This document shows, piece after piece, positions 27,448 to 43,042 of a stretch of 64,000 nt of DNA (position 1 is its first letter; each line of letters starts with the position of its first letter). The stretch comes from Eledone cirrhosa (lineage: Eukaryota), in NCBI GenBank assembly GCA_964016885.1, contig OZ024761.1, positions 7,068,001 to 7,132,000 on the forward strand, given 5' to 3'. The notes below the pieces were generated by a model. It had not been told where the DNA came from and did no database searches. It saw only the letters and a program-made list of their open reading frames with translations. Position numbers and translations under genes: made by a program.

Positions 27448-27945
27448 CTAACGCCCTCTGGTGATGTCCAGCAGAAGCAAGGGGGGACAACCGTCTATGC
27501 ATTTCAGGCTTAACTGGCCTTCGTCAGGATGATCCGTCCCACCGCTTGCGACTGCTGGACTAGAAGACAGCTGAGAATATATACTTTTCTCATCTATGTA
27601 AATGAGGTGATTAATCTCATTTGCATATGAAGCTGCATAAGTTGGCTCAACTTATAATGAAAAAGAAATAGGATTTCACTTCAAGCATAGCTTTGTACAA
27701 TATGTAGAAATATTTTGTATCTCCAAAGAAATAGTTTTAGGAAGCCATAGCTATGCAAACCCCGGGAGGCTAACTGGCCTTCGCCAGGTCGGTTCCTCGG
27801 GAGGGACCGTCCTGGCGAAGGCCAGTTAAGCCTGAAATGCATCGACGGTTGTCCCCCTTGCTTCTGTTGGGCATCACCAGAGGGCGTTAGCCCCCCTCCG
27901 GTGTTTACAGCTTCCTAAAACTATTTCTTTGGAGATACAAAATAT
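27448..27945. repeat. Nested inverted repeats carrying two opposed hammerhead-like motifs (27492-27531 minus, 27806-27849 plus)
   Basis: 27448-27531 is the inverse of 27806-27890; 27709-27746 is the inverse of 27910-27945. Confidence 0.85.
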
Positions 27946-27975
27946 ATATATATATATATAGTTTTAATATAGATG

Positions 27976-28026
27976 AGATTCTACAGGACTAGAACTGTTT
28001 CATTCATTAGAAATCATCAGGAATCT
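27976..28026 (-). ncRNA. Type I hammerhead ribozyme motif (candidate), same family as the 54.4-55.2 kb array
   Basis: Minus strand: agattc-CTGATGA-tttc taat gaat-GAAA-cag ttctagtc ctg-TA-gaatct; perfect 6-bp stem I, 4-bp stem III. Confidence 0.65.
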
Positions 28027-28151
28027 GGGTATCAAAAAATAAATATGGTATTTATAGGTCTCTACAAGTGGTAGGAGAGGGTGGGGAGTGGGATGGGTGC
28101 AGGTCATTGGTTGATAGAAAAGGGAATTCATTAAAAGCTAATTCTACAAAG

Positions 28152-28615
<464 letters not shown>

Positions 28616-28816
28616 GGAGAACCGACCGTTAATACATGTTTATTTAAAATAGCACCTATGTACGTTTTGCCCAAATGGGCTCCTCAAGGGCATAACAACT
28701 AAAAAGCGTTTCTTACATTCCGGAACATGTAAGGAACGCTTTTTAGTTGTTATGCCCTTGAGAAGCCCATTTGTAGGTGCTATTTTAAATAAACATGTAT
28801 TAACGGTTTGTTCTCC
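28616..28816. repeat. Near-perfect ~200-bp palindrome adjoining (TA)n
   Basis: ggagaac..ccgttaatacatgtttatttaaaatagcaccta / taggtgctattttaaataaacatgtattaacgg..gttctcc; ~13-nt bulge in left arm. Confidence 0.92.
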
Positions 28817-28985
28817 TGTATTGTACTTCTCCACGTGCTTACGCTCTGCTAACTCTGTCACTAGATATTAACACTTCTAATATTTAACACTGCCGGCACT
28901 AGTATTGAGTACCTTCGGCTACGCTATTTGGCAAATAACTACATGTATCACCTATCCCTCTTTTTCTCTCTCTTGATATGTAAAT

Positions 28986-29021
<36 letters not shown>

Positions 29022-29090
29022 TATATATATATACATGTCTGTATATCACTATATATATATATACATGTGTGTTATATTTCTTCTCCACAG

Positions 29091-29216
29091 ATCATGAAAC
29101 TATTTTCTGTACCTCCATTTGATCAGAACCTTCATTTTAATGGGACATGTCTGCTGGACGAGACGGCAACATTAGGGCAACTGAAGATTTCACCGGGATC
29201 TTTAATATTTCTCAAG
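29091..29216 (+). CDS. USP48: USP48 exon, ubiquitin-like domain: IMKLFSVPPFDQNLHFNGTCLLDETATLGQLKISPGSLIFLK
   Basis: ccacag acceptor, aag|gtcagt donor, 126 nt; resembles IMHAFSVAPFDQNLSIDG...ATLGTLGVIPESVILLK. Confidence 0.95.
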
Positions 29217-29447
29217 GTCAGTCATATTTCCGATGGTGGTGGGGCTCTGGTGGTTGGGGGTCGCTTTGGGGGTGACGGGGGCCTCTGGTAGTGGTGGGGC
29301 TTCTGGTGATGGGGGCATCTGGTGGTGGTGGTGGTGGTGCATTTCATTGACTCCCCCCCCCCCCCCCCCCCCCCTTCAAATTGCTGGCCTTGGGCCTAAA
29401 GTACAAAAAATTATTATTATAATTATTATTGTTGTTCTTGTTTTTAG

Positions 29448-29496
29448 GCAGATGAACCTTCTGAAGACCCAATGGTTGTTGAAGAGATTTTAACAT
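29448..29496 (+). CDS. USP48: USP48 small exon: ADEPSEDPMVVEEILT
   Basis: ttttag acceptor, t|gtatgt donor, phase 0 to 1; ADEP follows LLK in USP48. Confidence 0.9.
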
Positions 29497-29589
29497 GTAT
29501 GTTGTGGCTTTCTTCTCTATCTTCTACATACTATACTATAATAGTTAACATTGTCTTCTACATGCTATACCATATACTATAATAGTTAA

Positions 29590-31305
29590 CATCTACATTA
29601 CTCTATATATACTATTATATTTTCACAGTAAAGGCTTTACCTCACATAATATCTCACATAACATTTACATTACTCTATATATACTATTGTAGTTTCACAG
29701 TAAAGGCTTTACCTCACATAATATCTCACATAACATTTACATTACTCTATATATACTATTTACATTACTCTATATATACTATTATATTTTCACAGTAAAG
29801 GCTTTACCTCACATAATATCTCGCATAACATTTACATTACTCTATATATACTATTGTATTTTCACAGTAAAGGCTTTACCTCACATAATATCTCACATAA
29901 CATTTACATTACTCTATATATACTATTGTATTTTCACAGTAAAGACTTTACCTCACATAATATCTCACATAACATTTACATTACTCTATATATACTATTG
30001 TATTTTCACAGTAAAGACTTTACCTCACATAATATCTCACATAACATTTACATTACTCTATATATACTATTGTATTTTCACAGTAAAGGCTTTACCTCAC
30101 ATAATATCTCACATAACATTTACATTACTCTATATATACTATTGTATTTTCACAGTAAAGACTTTACCTCACATAATATCTCACATAACATTTACATTAC
30201 TCTATATATACTATTGTATTTTCACAGTAAAGGCTTTACCTCACATAATATCTCACATAACATTTACATTACTCTATATATACTATTATATTTTCACAGT
30301 AAAAGCTTTATCTCACATAATATCTCGCATAACATTTACATTATTCTATATATACTATTATATTTTCACAGTAAAGGCTTTACCTCTCATAATATCTCGC
30401 ATAACATTTACATTACTCTATATATACTATTGTATTTTCACAGTAAAGGCTTTACCTCACATAATATCTCACATAACATTTACATTACTCTATATATACT
30501 ATTGTATTTTCACAGTAAAGGCTTTACCTCACATAATATCTCACATAACATTTACATTACTCTATATATACTATTTACATTACTCTATATATACTATTGT
30601 ATTTTCATGGTAAAGGCTTTACCTCACATAATATCTCACATAACATTTACATTGCTCTATATATACTATTGTATTTTCACAGTAAAGGCTTTACCTCATA
30701 ATATCTCTCTTAACATTTACATTACTCTATATATACTATTGTAGTTTCACAGTAAAAGCTTTATCTCACATAATATCTCACATAACATTTACATTACTCT
30801 ATATATACTATTGTATTTTCACAGTAAAGGTTTTACCTCACATAATATCTCACATAACATTTACATTACTCTATATATACTATTTACATTACTCTATATA
30901 TACTATTGTATTTTCATGGTAAAGGCTTTACCTCACATAATATCTCACATAACATTTACATTGCTCTATATATACTATTGTATTTTCACAGTAAAGGCTT
31001 TACCTCATAATATCTCTCTTAACATTTACATTACTCTATATATACTATTGTAGTTTCACAGTAAAAGCTTTATCTCACATAATATCTCACATAACATTTA
31101 CATTACTCTATATATACTATTGTATTTTCACAGTAAAGGCTTTACCTCACATAATATCTCATATAACATTTACATTACTCTATATATACTATTGTATTTT
31201 CATGGTAAAGGATTTACCTCACATAATTATCTCGCATAATATCGAATCTATGATATTTTGATATTATTTATTTTGAGAACAATACCTTAACATCAGTGTG
31301 AGTAG
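29590..31305 (+). repeat. 72-bp minisatellite (29594-31240) expanded inside the same piggyBac-like MITE
   Basis: 24-aa period in ORF track; followed by the MITE body aatatcgaatctatga...gagaacaataccttaacatcag. Confidence 0.9.
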
Positions 31306-31616
31306 CTATATATTATCTATGGCGAAGTGGTTAGAGAATTGGATTTGCAATCGTGTGGTTGTGATTTTGATTCCCGGATCAGGTGATGCGTTAGGTCCTT
31401 GAGCAAGACACTTTATTTCACATTGCTACTTCTGCCTGGAGTTACGACCAACAAATAGTATTAGCAGTTGGAAAGACCAATGGAAACATTGTTTCCTCGT
31501 TCCGATTTGACAAGCTCAACCTCACTTGTTCAGCAAATGAGGTCTGGGAACTTGTCGATCGACTGTCGATATGGTACACCATAATAGTTAAAATATTTTT
31601 TATATGATATATGGTA

Positions 31617-34600
31617 TCTGTAGTATATTCTATATCTGTAGTATATTCTATGTCTGTAGTATATTCTATATCTAGTATATTCTATATCTAGTATATTCTA
31701 TATCTGTAGTATATTCTATATCTAGTATATTCTATATCTGTAGTATATTCTATATCTAGTATATTCTATATCTGTAGTATATTCTATATCTAGTATATTC
31801 TATATCTGTAGTATATTCTATATCTAGTATTTCTATATCTAGTATATTCTATATCTAGTATATTTTATATCTGTAGTATATTTTATATCTGTAGTATATT
31901 CTATATCTAGTATATTCTATATCTGTAGTATATTCTATATCTGTAGTATATTCTATATCTGTAGTATATTCTATATCTGTAGTATATTTTATATCTGTAG
32001 TATATTTTATATCTGTAGTATATTCTATATCTAGTATATTCTATATCTAGTATATTCTATATCTAGTATATTCTATATCTGTAGTATATTCTATATCTGT
32101 AGTATATTCTATATCTGTAGTATATTCTATATCTGTAGTATATTCTATATCTGTAGTATATTCTATATCTAGTATATTCTATATCTAGTATATTCTATAT
32201 CTGTAGTATATTCTATATCTGTAGTATATTCTATATCTGTAGTATATTCTATGTCTAGTATATTCTATATCTAGTATATTCTATATCTAGTATATTCTAT
32301 ATCTAGTATATTCTATATCTAGTATATTCTATATCTGTAGTATATTCTATATCTGTAGTATATTCTATATCTGTAGTATATTCTATATCTAGTATATTCT
32401 ATATCTGTAGTATATTTTATATCTGTAGTATATTCTATATCTGTAGTATATTCTATATCTAGTATATTCTATATCTGTAGTATATTCTATATCTGTAGTA
32501 TATTCTATATCTGTAGTATATTTTATATCTAGTATATTCTATATCTTTAGTATATTCTATATCTGTAGTATATTCTATATCTGTAGTATATTCTATATCT
32601 GTAGTATATTCTATATCTGTAGTATATTCTATATCTGTAGTATATTCTATATCTGTAGTATATTCTATATCTGTAGTATATTCTATATCTGTAGTATATT
32701 CTATATCTGTAGTATATTCTATATCTAGTATATTCTATATCTGTAGTATATTCTATATCTAGTATATTCTATATCTGTAGTATATTCTATATCTGTAGTA
32801 TATTCTATATCTGTAGTATATTCTATATCTGTAGTATATTCTATATCTAGTATATTCTATATCTGTAGTATATTCTATATCTGTAGTATATTCTATATCT
32901 GTAGTATATTCCATATCTAGTATATTCTATATCTGTAGTATATTTTATATCTGTAGTATATTCTATATCTGTAGTCTATTCTATATCTGTAGTATATTTT
33001 ATATCTGTAGTATATTTTATATCTGTAGTATATTCTATATCTGTAGTATATTCTATATCTAGTATATTCTATATCTGTAGTATATTCTATATCTGTAGTA
33101 TATTTTATATCTGTAGTATATTCTATATCTGTAGTATATTCTATATCTAGTATATTCTATATCTGTAGTATATTCTATATCTGTAGTATATTCTATATCT
33201 GCAGTATATTCTATATCTGCAGTATATTCTATATCTAGTATATTCTATATCTAGTATATTCTATATCTGTAGTATATTCTATATCTGTAGTATATTCTAT
33301 ATCTGTAGTATATTCTATATCTAGTATATTCTATATCTGTAGTATATTCTATATCTGTAGTATATTCTATATCTAGTATATTCTATATCTGTAGTATATT
33401 CTATATCTAGTATATTCTATATCTGTAGTATATTCTATATCTAGTATATTCTATATCTGTAGTATATTCTATATCTAGTATATTCTATATCTGTAGTATA
33501 TTCTATATCTGTAGTATATTCTATATCTGTAGTATATTCTATATCTAGTATATTCTATATCTGTAGTATATTCTATATCTGTAGTATATTCTATATCTAG
33601 TATATTCTATATCTGTAGTATATTCTATATCTAGTATATTCTATATCTGTAGTATATTCTATATCTAGTATATTCTATATGTAGTATATTTTATATCTGT
33701 AGTATATTCTATATCTGTAGTATATTCTATATCTGTAGTATATTCTATATCTGTAGTATATTTTATCTCTGTTGTATATTCTATATCTGTAGTATATTCT
33801 ATATCTGTAGTATATTCTATATCTGTAGTATATTCTATATCTGTAGTATATTTTATCACTGTAGTATATTCTATATCTAGTATATTCTATATCTAGTATA
33901 TTCTATATCTGTAGTATATTCTATATCTGTAGTATATTCTATATCTGTAGTATATTCTATATCTGTAGTATATTCTATATCTAGTATATTCTATATCTGT
34001 AGTATATTCTATATCTAGTATATTCTATATCTGTAGTATATTCTATATCTAGTATATTCTATATCTGTAGTATATTCTATATCTGTAGTATATTCTATAT
34101 CTAGTATATTCTATATCTGTAGTATATTCTATATCTGTAGTATATTCTATATCTGTAGTATATTCTATATCTAGTATATTCTATATCTGTAGTATATTCT
34201 ATATCTAGTATATTCTATATCTGTAGTATATTCTATATCTGTAGTTTATTCTATATCTGTAGTATATTCTATATCTAGTATATTCTATATCTAGTATATT
34301 CTATATCTGTAGTATATTCTATATCTGTAGTATATTCTATATCTGTAGTATATTCTATATCTGTAGTATATTCTATATCTGTAGTATATTCTATATCTAG
34401 TATATTCTATATCTGTAGTATATTCTATATCTGTAGTATATTCTATATCTTTAGTATATTCTATATCTGTAGTATATTCTATATCTGTTGTATATTCTAT
34501 ATCTGTAGTATATTCTATATCTGTAGTATATTCTATATCTGTAGTATATTTTATCTCTGTAGTATATTCTATATCTGTAGTATATTCTATATCTAGTATA

Positions 34601-37600
34601 TTCTATATCTGTAGTATATTCTTTATCTGTAGTATATTCTATATCTGTAGTATATTCTATATCTGTAGTATATTCTATATCTGTAGTATATTCTATATCT
34701 AGTATATTCCACATCTAGTATATTCTATATCTAGTATATTCTATATCTAGTATATTCTATATCTGTAGTATATTCTATATCTGTAGTATATTCTATATCT
34801 AGTATATTTTATATCTAGTATATTCTATATCTTTAGTATATTCTATATCTGTAGTATATTCTATATCTATAGTATATTCTATATCTGTAGTATATTCTAT
34901 ATCTGTAGTATATTCTATATCTGTAGTATATTCTATATCTAGTATATTCTATATCTGTAGTATATTCTATATCTGTAGTATATTCTATATCTGTAGTATA
35001 TTCTATATCTGTAGTATATTCTATATCTAGTATATTCTATATCTAGTATATTCTATATCTAGTATATTCTATATATCTAGTATATTCTATATCTATAATA
35101 TATTCTATATATGTAGTATATTCTATATCTGTAGTATATTCTATATCTGTAGTATATTCTATATCTGTAGTATATTTTATATCTAGTATATTCTATATCT
35201 TTAGTATATTCTATATCTGTAGTATATTCTATATCTGTAGTATATTCTATATCTGTAGTATATTCTATATTTGTAGTATATTCTATATTTGTAGTATATT
35301 CTATATCTGTAGTATATTCTATATCTGTAGTATATTCTATATCTGTAGTATATTCTATATCTGTAGTATATTCTATATCTGTAGTATATTCTATATCTAG
35401 TATATTCTATATCTGTAGTATATTCTATATCTAGTATATTCTATATCTGTAGTATATTCTATATCTGTAGTATATTCTATATCTGTAGTATATTCTATAT
35501 CTGTAGTATATTCTATATCTAGTATATTCTATATCTGTAGTATATTCTATATCTGTAGTATATTCTATATCTGTAGTATATTCCATATCTAGTATATTCT
35601 ATATCTGTAGTATATTTTATATCTGTAGTATATTCTATATCTGTAGTATATTCTATATCTGTAGTCTATTCTATATCTGTAGTATATTTTATATCTGTAG
35701 TATATTTTATATCTGTAGTATATTCTATATCTGTAGTATATTCTATATCTAGTATATTCTATATCTGTAGTATATTTTATATCTGTAGTATATTCTATAT
35801 CTGTAGTATATTCTATATCTAGTATATTCTATATCTGTAGTATATTCTATATCTGTAGTATATTCTATATCTGTAGTATATTCTATATCTAGTATATTCT
35901 ATATCTAGTATATTCTATATCTGTAGTATATTCTATATCTGTAGTATATTCTATATCTGTAGTATATTCTATATCTAGTATATTCTATATCTGTAGTATA
36001 TTCTATATCTGTAGTATATTCTAAATCTAGTATATTCTATATCTGTAGTATATTCTATATCTAGTATATTCTATATCTGTAGTATATTCTATATCTAGTA
36101 TATTCTATATCTGTAGTATATTCTATATCTAGTATATTCTATATCTGTAGTATATTCTATATCTGTAGTATATTCTATATCTGTAGTATATTCTATATCT
36201 GTAGTATATTCTATATCTAGTATATTCTATATCTGTAGTATATTCTATATCTGTATTATATTCCATATCTAGTATATTCTATATCTGTAGTATATTTTAT
36301 ATCTGTAGTATATTTTATATCTGTAGTATATTCTATAGCTGTAGTATATTCTATATCTGTAGTATATTCTATATCTGTAGTATATTTTATATCTGTAGTA
36401 TATTCTATATCTGTAGTATATTCTATATCTGTAGTATATTCTATATCTAGTATATTCTATATCTGTAGTATATTTTATATCTGTAGTATATTCTATATCT
36501 GTAGTATATTCTATATCTAGTATATTCTATATCTGTAGTATATTCTATATCTGTAGTATATTCTATATCTGTAGTATATTCTATATCTAGTATATTCTAT
36601 ATCTTGTATATTCTATATCTGTAGTATATTCTATATCTGTTGTATATTCTATATCTGTAGTATATTCTATATCTGTAGTATATTCTATATCTGTAGTATA
36701 TTCTATATCTGTAGTATATTCTATATCTGTAGTATATTCTATATCTGTAGTATATTCTATATCTGTAGTATATTCTATATCTGTAGTATATTCTATATCT
36801 TTAGTATATTCTATATCTGTAGTATATTCTATATCTGTTGTATATTCTATATCTGTAGTATATTCTATAGCTGTAGTATATTCTATAGCTGTAGTATATT
36901 CTATATCTGTAGTATATTCTATATCTGTAGTATATTCTATATCTGTAGTATATTCTATATCTGTAGTATATTCTATATCTGTTGTATATTCTATATCTGT
37001 AGTATATTCTATATCTGTAGTATATTCTATATCTAGTATCTTCTATATCTGTAGTATATTCTATATCTGTAGTATATTCTATATCTGTAGTATATTTTAT
37101 ATCTGTAGTATATTTTATATCTGTAGTATATTTTATATCTGTAGTATATTCTATATCTAGTATATTCTATATCTGTAGTATATTTTATATCTGTAGTATA
37201 TTCTATATCTGTAGTATATTCTATATCTGTAGTATATTCTATATCTGTAGTATATTCTATATCTAGTATATTCTATATCTAGTATATTCTATATCTGTAG
37301 TATATTCTATATCTGTAGTATATTCTATATCTGTAGTATATTCTATATCTGTAGTATATTCTATATCTGTAGTATATTCTATATCTAGTATATTCTATAT
37401 CTGTAGTATATTCTATATCTAGTATATTCTATATCTGTAGTATATTTTATCTCTGTAGTATATTCTATATCTGTAGTATATTCTATATCTGTTGTATATT
37501 CTATATCTGTAGTATATTCTATAGCTGTAGTATATTCTATAGCTGTAGTATATTCTATATCTGTAGTATATTCTATATCTGTAGTATATTCTATATCTGT

Positions 37601-40600
37601 AGTATATTCTATATCTAGTATATTCTATATCTGTAGTATATTCTATATCTGTAGTATATTCTATATCTAGTATATTCTATATCTGTAGTATATTCTATAT
37701 CTAGTATGTTCTATATCTGTAGTATATTCTATATCTAGTATATTCTATATCTGTAGTATATTCTATATCTGTAGTATATTCTATATCTAGTATATTCTAT
37801 ATCTGTAGTATATTCTATATCTGTAGTATATTCTATATCTTTAGTATATTCTATATCTAGTATATTCTATATCTAGTATATTCTATATCTGTAGTATATT
37901 CTATATCTGTAGTATATTCTATATCTGTAGTATATTCTATATCTGTAGTATATTCTATATCTGTAGTATATTCTATATCTGTAGTATATTCTATATCTGT
38001 AGTATATTCTATATCTGTAGTATATTTTATCTCTGTAGTATATTCTATATCTGTAGTATATTCTATATCTAGTATATTCTATATCTGTACTATATTCTAT
38101 ATCTGTAGTATATTCTATATCTGTAGTATATTCTATATCTGTAGTAATATTCTATATCTAGTATATTCCATATCTAGTATATTCTATATCTAGTATATTC
38201 TATATCTAGTATATTCTATATCTGTAGTATATTCTATATCTAGTATATTCTATATCTAGTATATTCTATATCTGTAGTATATTCTATATCTGTAGTATAT
38301 TCTATATCTGTAGTATATTCTATATCTAGTATATTCTATATCTAGTATATTCTATATCTGTAGTATATTCTATATCTTTAGTATATTCTATATCTGTAGT
38401 ATATTTTATCTCTGTAGTATATTCTATATGTAGTATATTCTATATCTGTAGTATATTCTATATCTGTAGTATATTCTATATCTGTTGTATATTCTATATC
38501 TGTTGTATATTCTATATCTGTAGTATATTCTATATCTGTTGTATATTCTATATCTGTAGTATATTCTATATCTAGTATATTCTATATCTGTAGTATATTC
38601 TATATCTGTAGTATATTCTATATCTGTAGTATATTCTATATCTGTAGTATATTCTATATCTGTAGTATATTCTATATCTGTAGTATATTCTATATCTTTA
38701 GTGTATTCTATATCTGTAGTATATTCTATATCTGTAGTATATTCTATATCTAGTATATTCTATATCTGTAGTATATTCTATATCTGTAGTATATTCTATA
38801 TCTGTAGTATATTCCATATCTAGTATATTCTATATCTGTAGTATATTTTATATCTGTAGTATATTCTATATCTGTAGTATATTCTATATCTGTAGTCTAT
38901 TCTATATCTGTAGTATATTTTATATCTGTAGTATATTTTATATCTGTAGTATATTCTATATCTGTAGTATATTCTATATCTAGTATATTCTATATCTGTA
39001 GTATATTTTATATCTGTAGTATATTCTATATCTGTAGTATATTCTATATCTAGTATATTCTATATCTGTAGTATATTCTATATCTGTAGTATATTCTATA
39101 TCTGTAGTATATTCTATATCTAGTATATTCTATATCTAGTATATTCTATATCTGTAGTATATTCTATATCTGTAGTATATTCTATATCTGTAGTATATTC
39201 TATATCTAGTATATTCTATATCTGTAGTATATTCTATATCTGTAGTATATTCTAAATCTAGTATATTCTATATCTGTAGTATATTCTATATCTAGTATAT
39301 TCTATATCTGTAGTATATTCTATATCTAGTATATTCTATATCTGTAGTATATTCTATATCTAGTATATTCTATATCTGTAGTATATTCTATATCTGTAGT
39401 ATATTCTATATCTGTAGTATATTCTATATCTGTAGTATATTCTATATCTGTATTATATTCCATATCTAGTATATTCTATATCTGTAGTATATTTTATATC
39501 TGTAGTATATTTTATATCTGTAGTATATTCTATAGCTGTAGTATATTCTATATCTGTAGTATATTCTATATCTGTAGTATATTTTATATCTGTAGTATAT
39601 TCTATATCTGTAGTATATTCTATATCTGTAGTATATTCTATATCTGTAGTATATTCTATATCTAGTATATTCTATATCTGTAGTATATTTTATATCTGTA
39701 GTATATTCTATATCTGTAGTATATTCTATATCTGTAGTATATTCTATATCTGTAGTATATTCTATATCTGTAGTATATTCTATATCTAGTATATTCTATA
39801 TCTTGTATATTCTATATCTGTAGTATATTCTATATCTGTTGTATATTCTATATCTGTAGTATATTCTATATCTGTAGTATATTCTATATCTGTAGTATAT
39901 TCTATATCTGTAGTATATTCTATATCTGTAGTATATTCTATATCTGTAGTATATTCTATATCTGTAGTATATTCTATATCTGTAGTATATTCTATATCTT
40001 TAGTATATTCTATATCTAGTATATTCTATATCTGTAGTATATTCTATATCTGTTGTATATTCTATATCTGTAGTATATTCTATAGCTGTAGTATATTCTA
40101 TAGCTGTAGTATATTCTATATCTGTAGTATATTCTATATCTGTAGTATATTCTATATCTGTAGTATATTCTATATCTGTTGTATATTCTATATCTGTAGT
40201 ATATTCTATATCTGTAGTATATTCTATATCTAGTATCTTCTATATCTGTAGTATATTCTATATCTGTAGTATATTCTATATCTGTAGTATATTTTATATC
40301 TGTAGTATATTTTATATCTGTAGTATATTTTATATCTGTAGTATATTCTATATCTAGTATATTCTATATCTGTAGTATATTTTATATCTGTAGTATATTC
40401 TATATCTGTAGTATATTCTATATCTGTAGTATATTCTATATCTGTAGTATATTCTATATCTAGTATATTCTATATCTGTAGTATATTCTATATCTGTAGT
40501 ATATTCTATATCTGTAGTATATTCTATATCTGTAGTATATTCTATATCTGTAGTATATTCTATATCTGTAGTATATTCTATATCTAGTATATTCTATATC

Positions 40601-43025
40601 TGTAGTATATTCTATATCTAGTATATTCTATATCTGTAGTATATTTTATCTCTGTAGTATATTCTATATCTGTAGTATATTCTATATCTGTTGTATATTC
40701 TATATCTGTAGTATATTCTATAGCTGTAGTATATTCTATAGCTGTAGTATATTCTATATCTGTAGTATATTCTATATCTGTAGTATATTCTATATCTGTA
40801 GTATATTCTATATCTAGTATATTCTATATCTGTAGTATATTCTATATCTGTAGTATATTCTATATCTAGTATATTCTATATCTGTAGTATATTCTATATC
40901 TAGTATATTCTATATCTGTAGTATATTCTATATCTAGTATATTCTATATCTGTAGTATATTCTATATCTGTAGTATATTCTATATCTAGTATATTCTATA
41001 TCTGTAGTATATTCTATATCTGTAGTATATTCTATATCTTTAGTATATTCTATATCTAGTATATTCTATATCTAGTATATTCTATATCTGTAGTATATTC
41101 TATATCTGTAGTATATTCTATATCTGTAGTATATTCTATATCTGTAGTATATTCTATATCTGTAGTATATTCTATATCTGTAGTATATTCTATATCTGTA
41201 GTATATTCTATATCTAGTATATTCTATATCTGTAGTATATTCTATATCTGTAGTATATTCTATATCTGTAGTATATTCTATATCTGTAGTATATTCTATA
41301 TCTGTAGTATATTCTATATCTGTAGTATATTTTATCTCTGTAGTATATTCTATATCTGTAGTAATATTCTATATCTAGTATATTCCATATCTAGTATATT
41401 CTATATCTAGTATATTCTATATCTAGTATATTCTATATCTGTAGTATATTCTATATCTAGTATATTCTATATCTAGTATATTCTATATCTGTAGTATATT
41501 CTATATCTGTAGTATATTCTATATCTGTAGTATATTCTATATCTAGTATATTCTATATCTAGTATATTCTATATCTGTAGTATATTCTATATCTTTAGTA
41601 TATTCTATATCTGTAGTATATTTTATCTCTGTAGTATATTCTATATGTAGTATATTCTATATCTGTAGTATATTCTATATCTGTAGTATATTCTATATCT
41701 GTAGTATATTCTATATCTGTAGTATATTCTATATCTGTTGTATATTCTATATCTGTAGTATATTCTATATCTGTTGTATATTCTATATCTGTAGTATATT
41801 CTATATCTAGTATATTCTATATCTGTAGTATATTCTATATCTGTAGTATATTCTATATCTGTAGTATATTCTATATCTGTAGTATATTCTATATCTGTAG
41901 TATATTCTATATCTGTAGTATATTCTATATCTTTAGTATATTCTATATCTGTAGTATATTCTATATCTGTAGTATATTCTATATCTAGTATATTCTATAT
42001 CTGTAGTATATTCTATATCTGTAGTATATTCTACATCTGTAGTATATTCTATATCTGTAGTATATTCTATATCTAGTATATTCTATATCTGTAGTATATT
42101 CTATATCTAGTATATTCTATATCTAGTATATTCTATATCTAGTATATTCTATATCTGTAGTATATTCTATATCTGTAGTATATTCTATATCTAGTATATT
42201 CTATATCTAGTATATTCTATATCTGTAGTATATTCTATATCTGTAGTATATTCGATATCTGTAGTATATTCTATATCTAGTATATTCTATATCTGTAGTA
42301 TATTCTATATCTGTAGTATATTCTATATCTGTAGTATATTCTATATCTAGTATTTTCTATATCTGTAGTATATTCTATATCTGTAGTATATTTTATATCT
42401 GTAGTATATTTTATCTCTGTAGTATATTCTATATCTAGTATATTCTATATCTGTAGTATATTTTATATCTGTAGTATATTCTATATCTGTAGTATATTCT
42501 ATATCTGTAGTATATTCTATATCTAGTATATTCTATATCTTTAGTATATTCTATATCTGTTTTATATTCTATATCTGTAGTATATTTTATATCTGTAGTA
42601 TATTCTATATGTAGTATATTCTATATCTGTAGTATATTCTATATCTGTAGTATATTCTATATCTGTAGTATATTCTATATCTGTTGTATATTCTATATCT
42701 AGTATATTCTATATCTGTAGTATATTCTATATCTGTTGTATATTCTATATCTGTAGTATATTCTATATCTCTAGTATATTCTATATCTCTAGTATATTCT
42801 ATATCTCTAGTATATTCTATATCTAGTATATTCTATATCTAGTATATTCTATATCTGTAGTATATTCTATATATCTAGTATATTCTATATATCTAGTATA
42901 TTCTATATCTGTAGTATATTCTATATCTGTAGTATATTCTATATCTAGTATATTCTATATCTGTAGTATAATCTATATATGTATATATCTAGTATATTCT
43001 ATATCTGTAGTATTTTCTATATCTG
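31617..43025. repeat. 11.4-kb AT-rich satellite of interspersed 18-bp (ctgtagtatattctatat) and 16-bp (ctagtatattctatat) units in the last USP48 coding intron
   Basis: Directly visible; remnants resume at 43912-43994 after the mariner. Confidence 0.97.
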
Positions 43026-43042
43026 TATGTATATGGTATATA

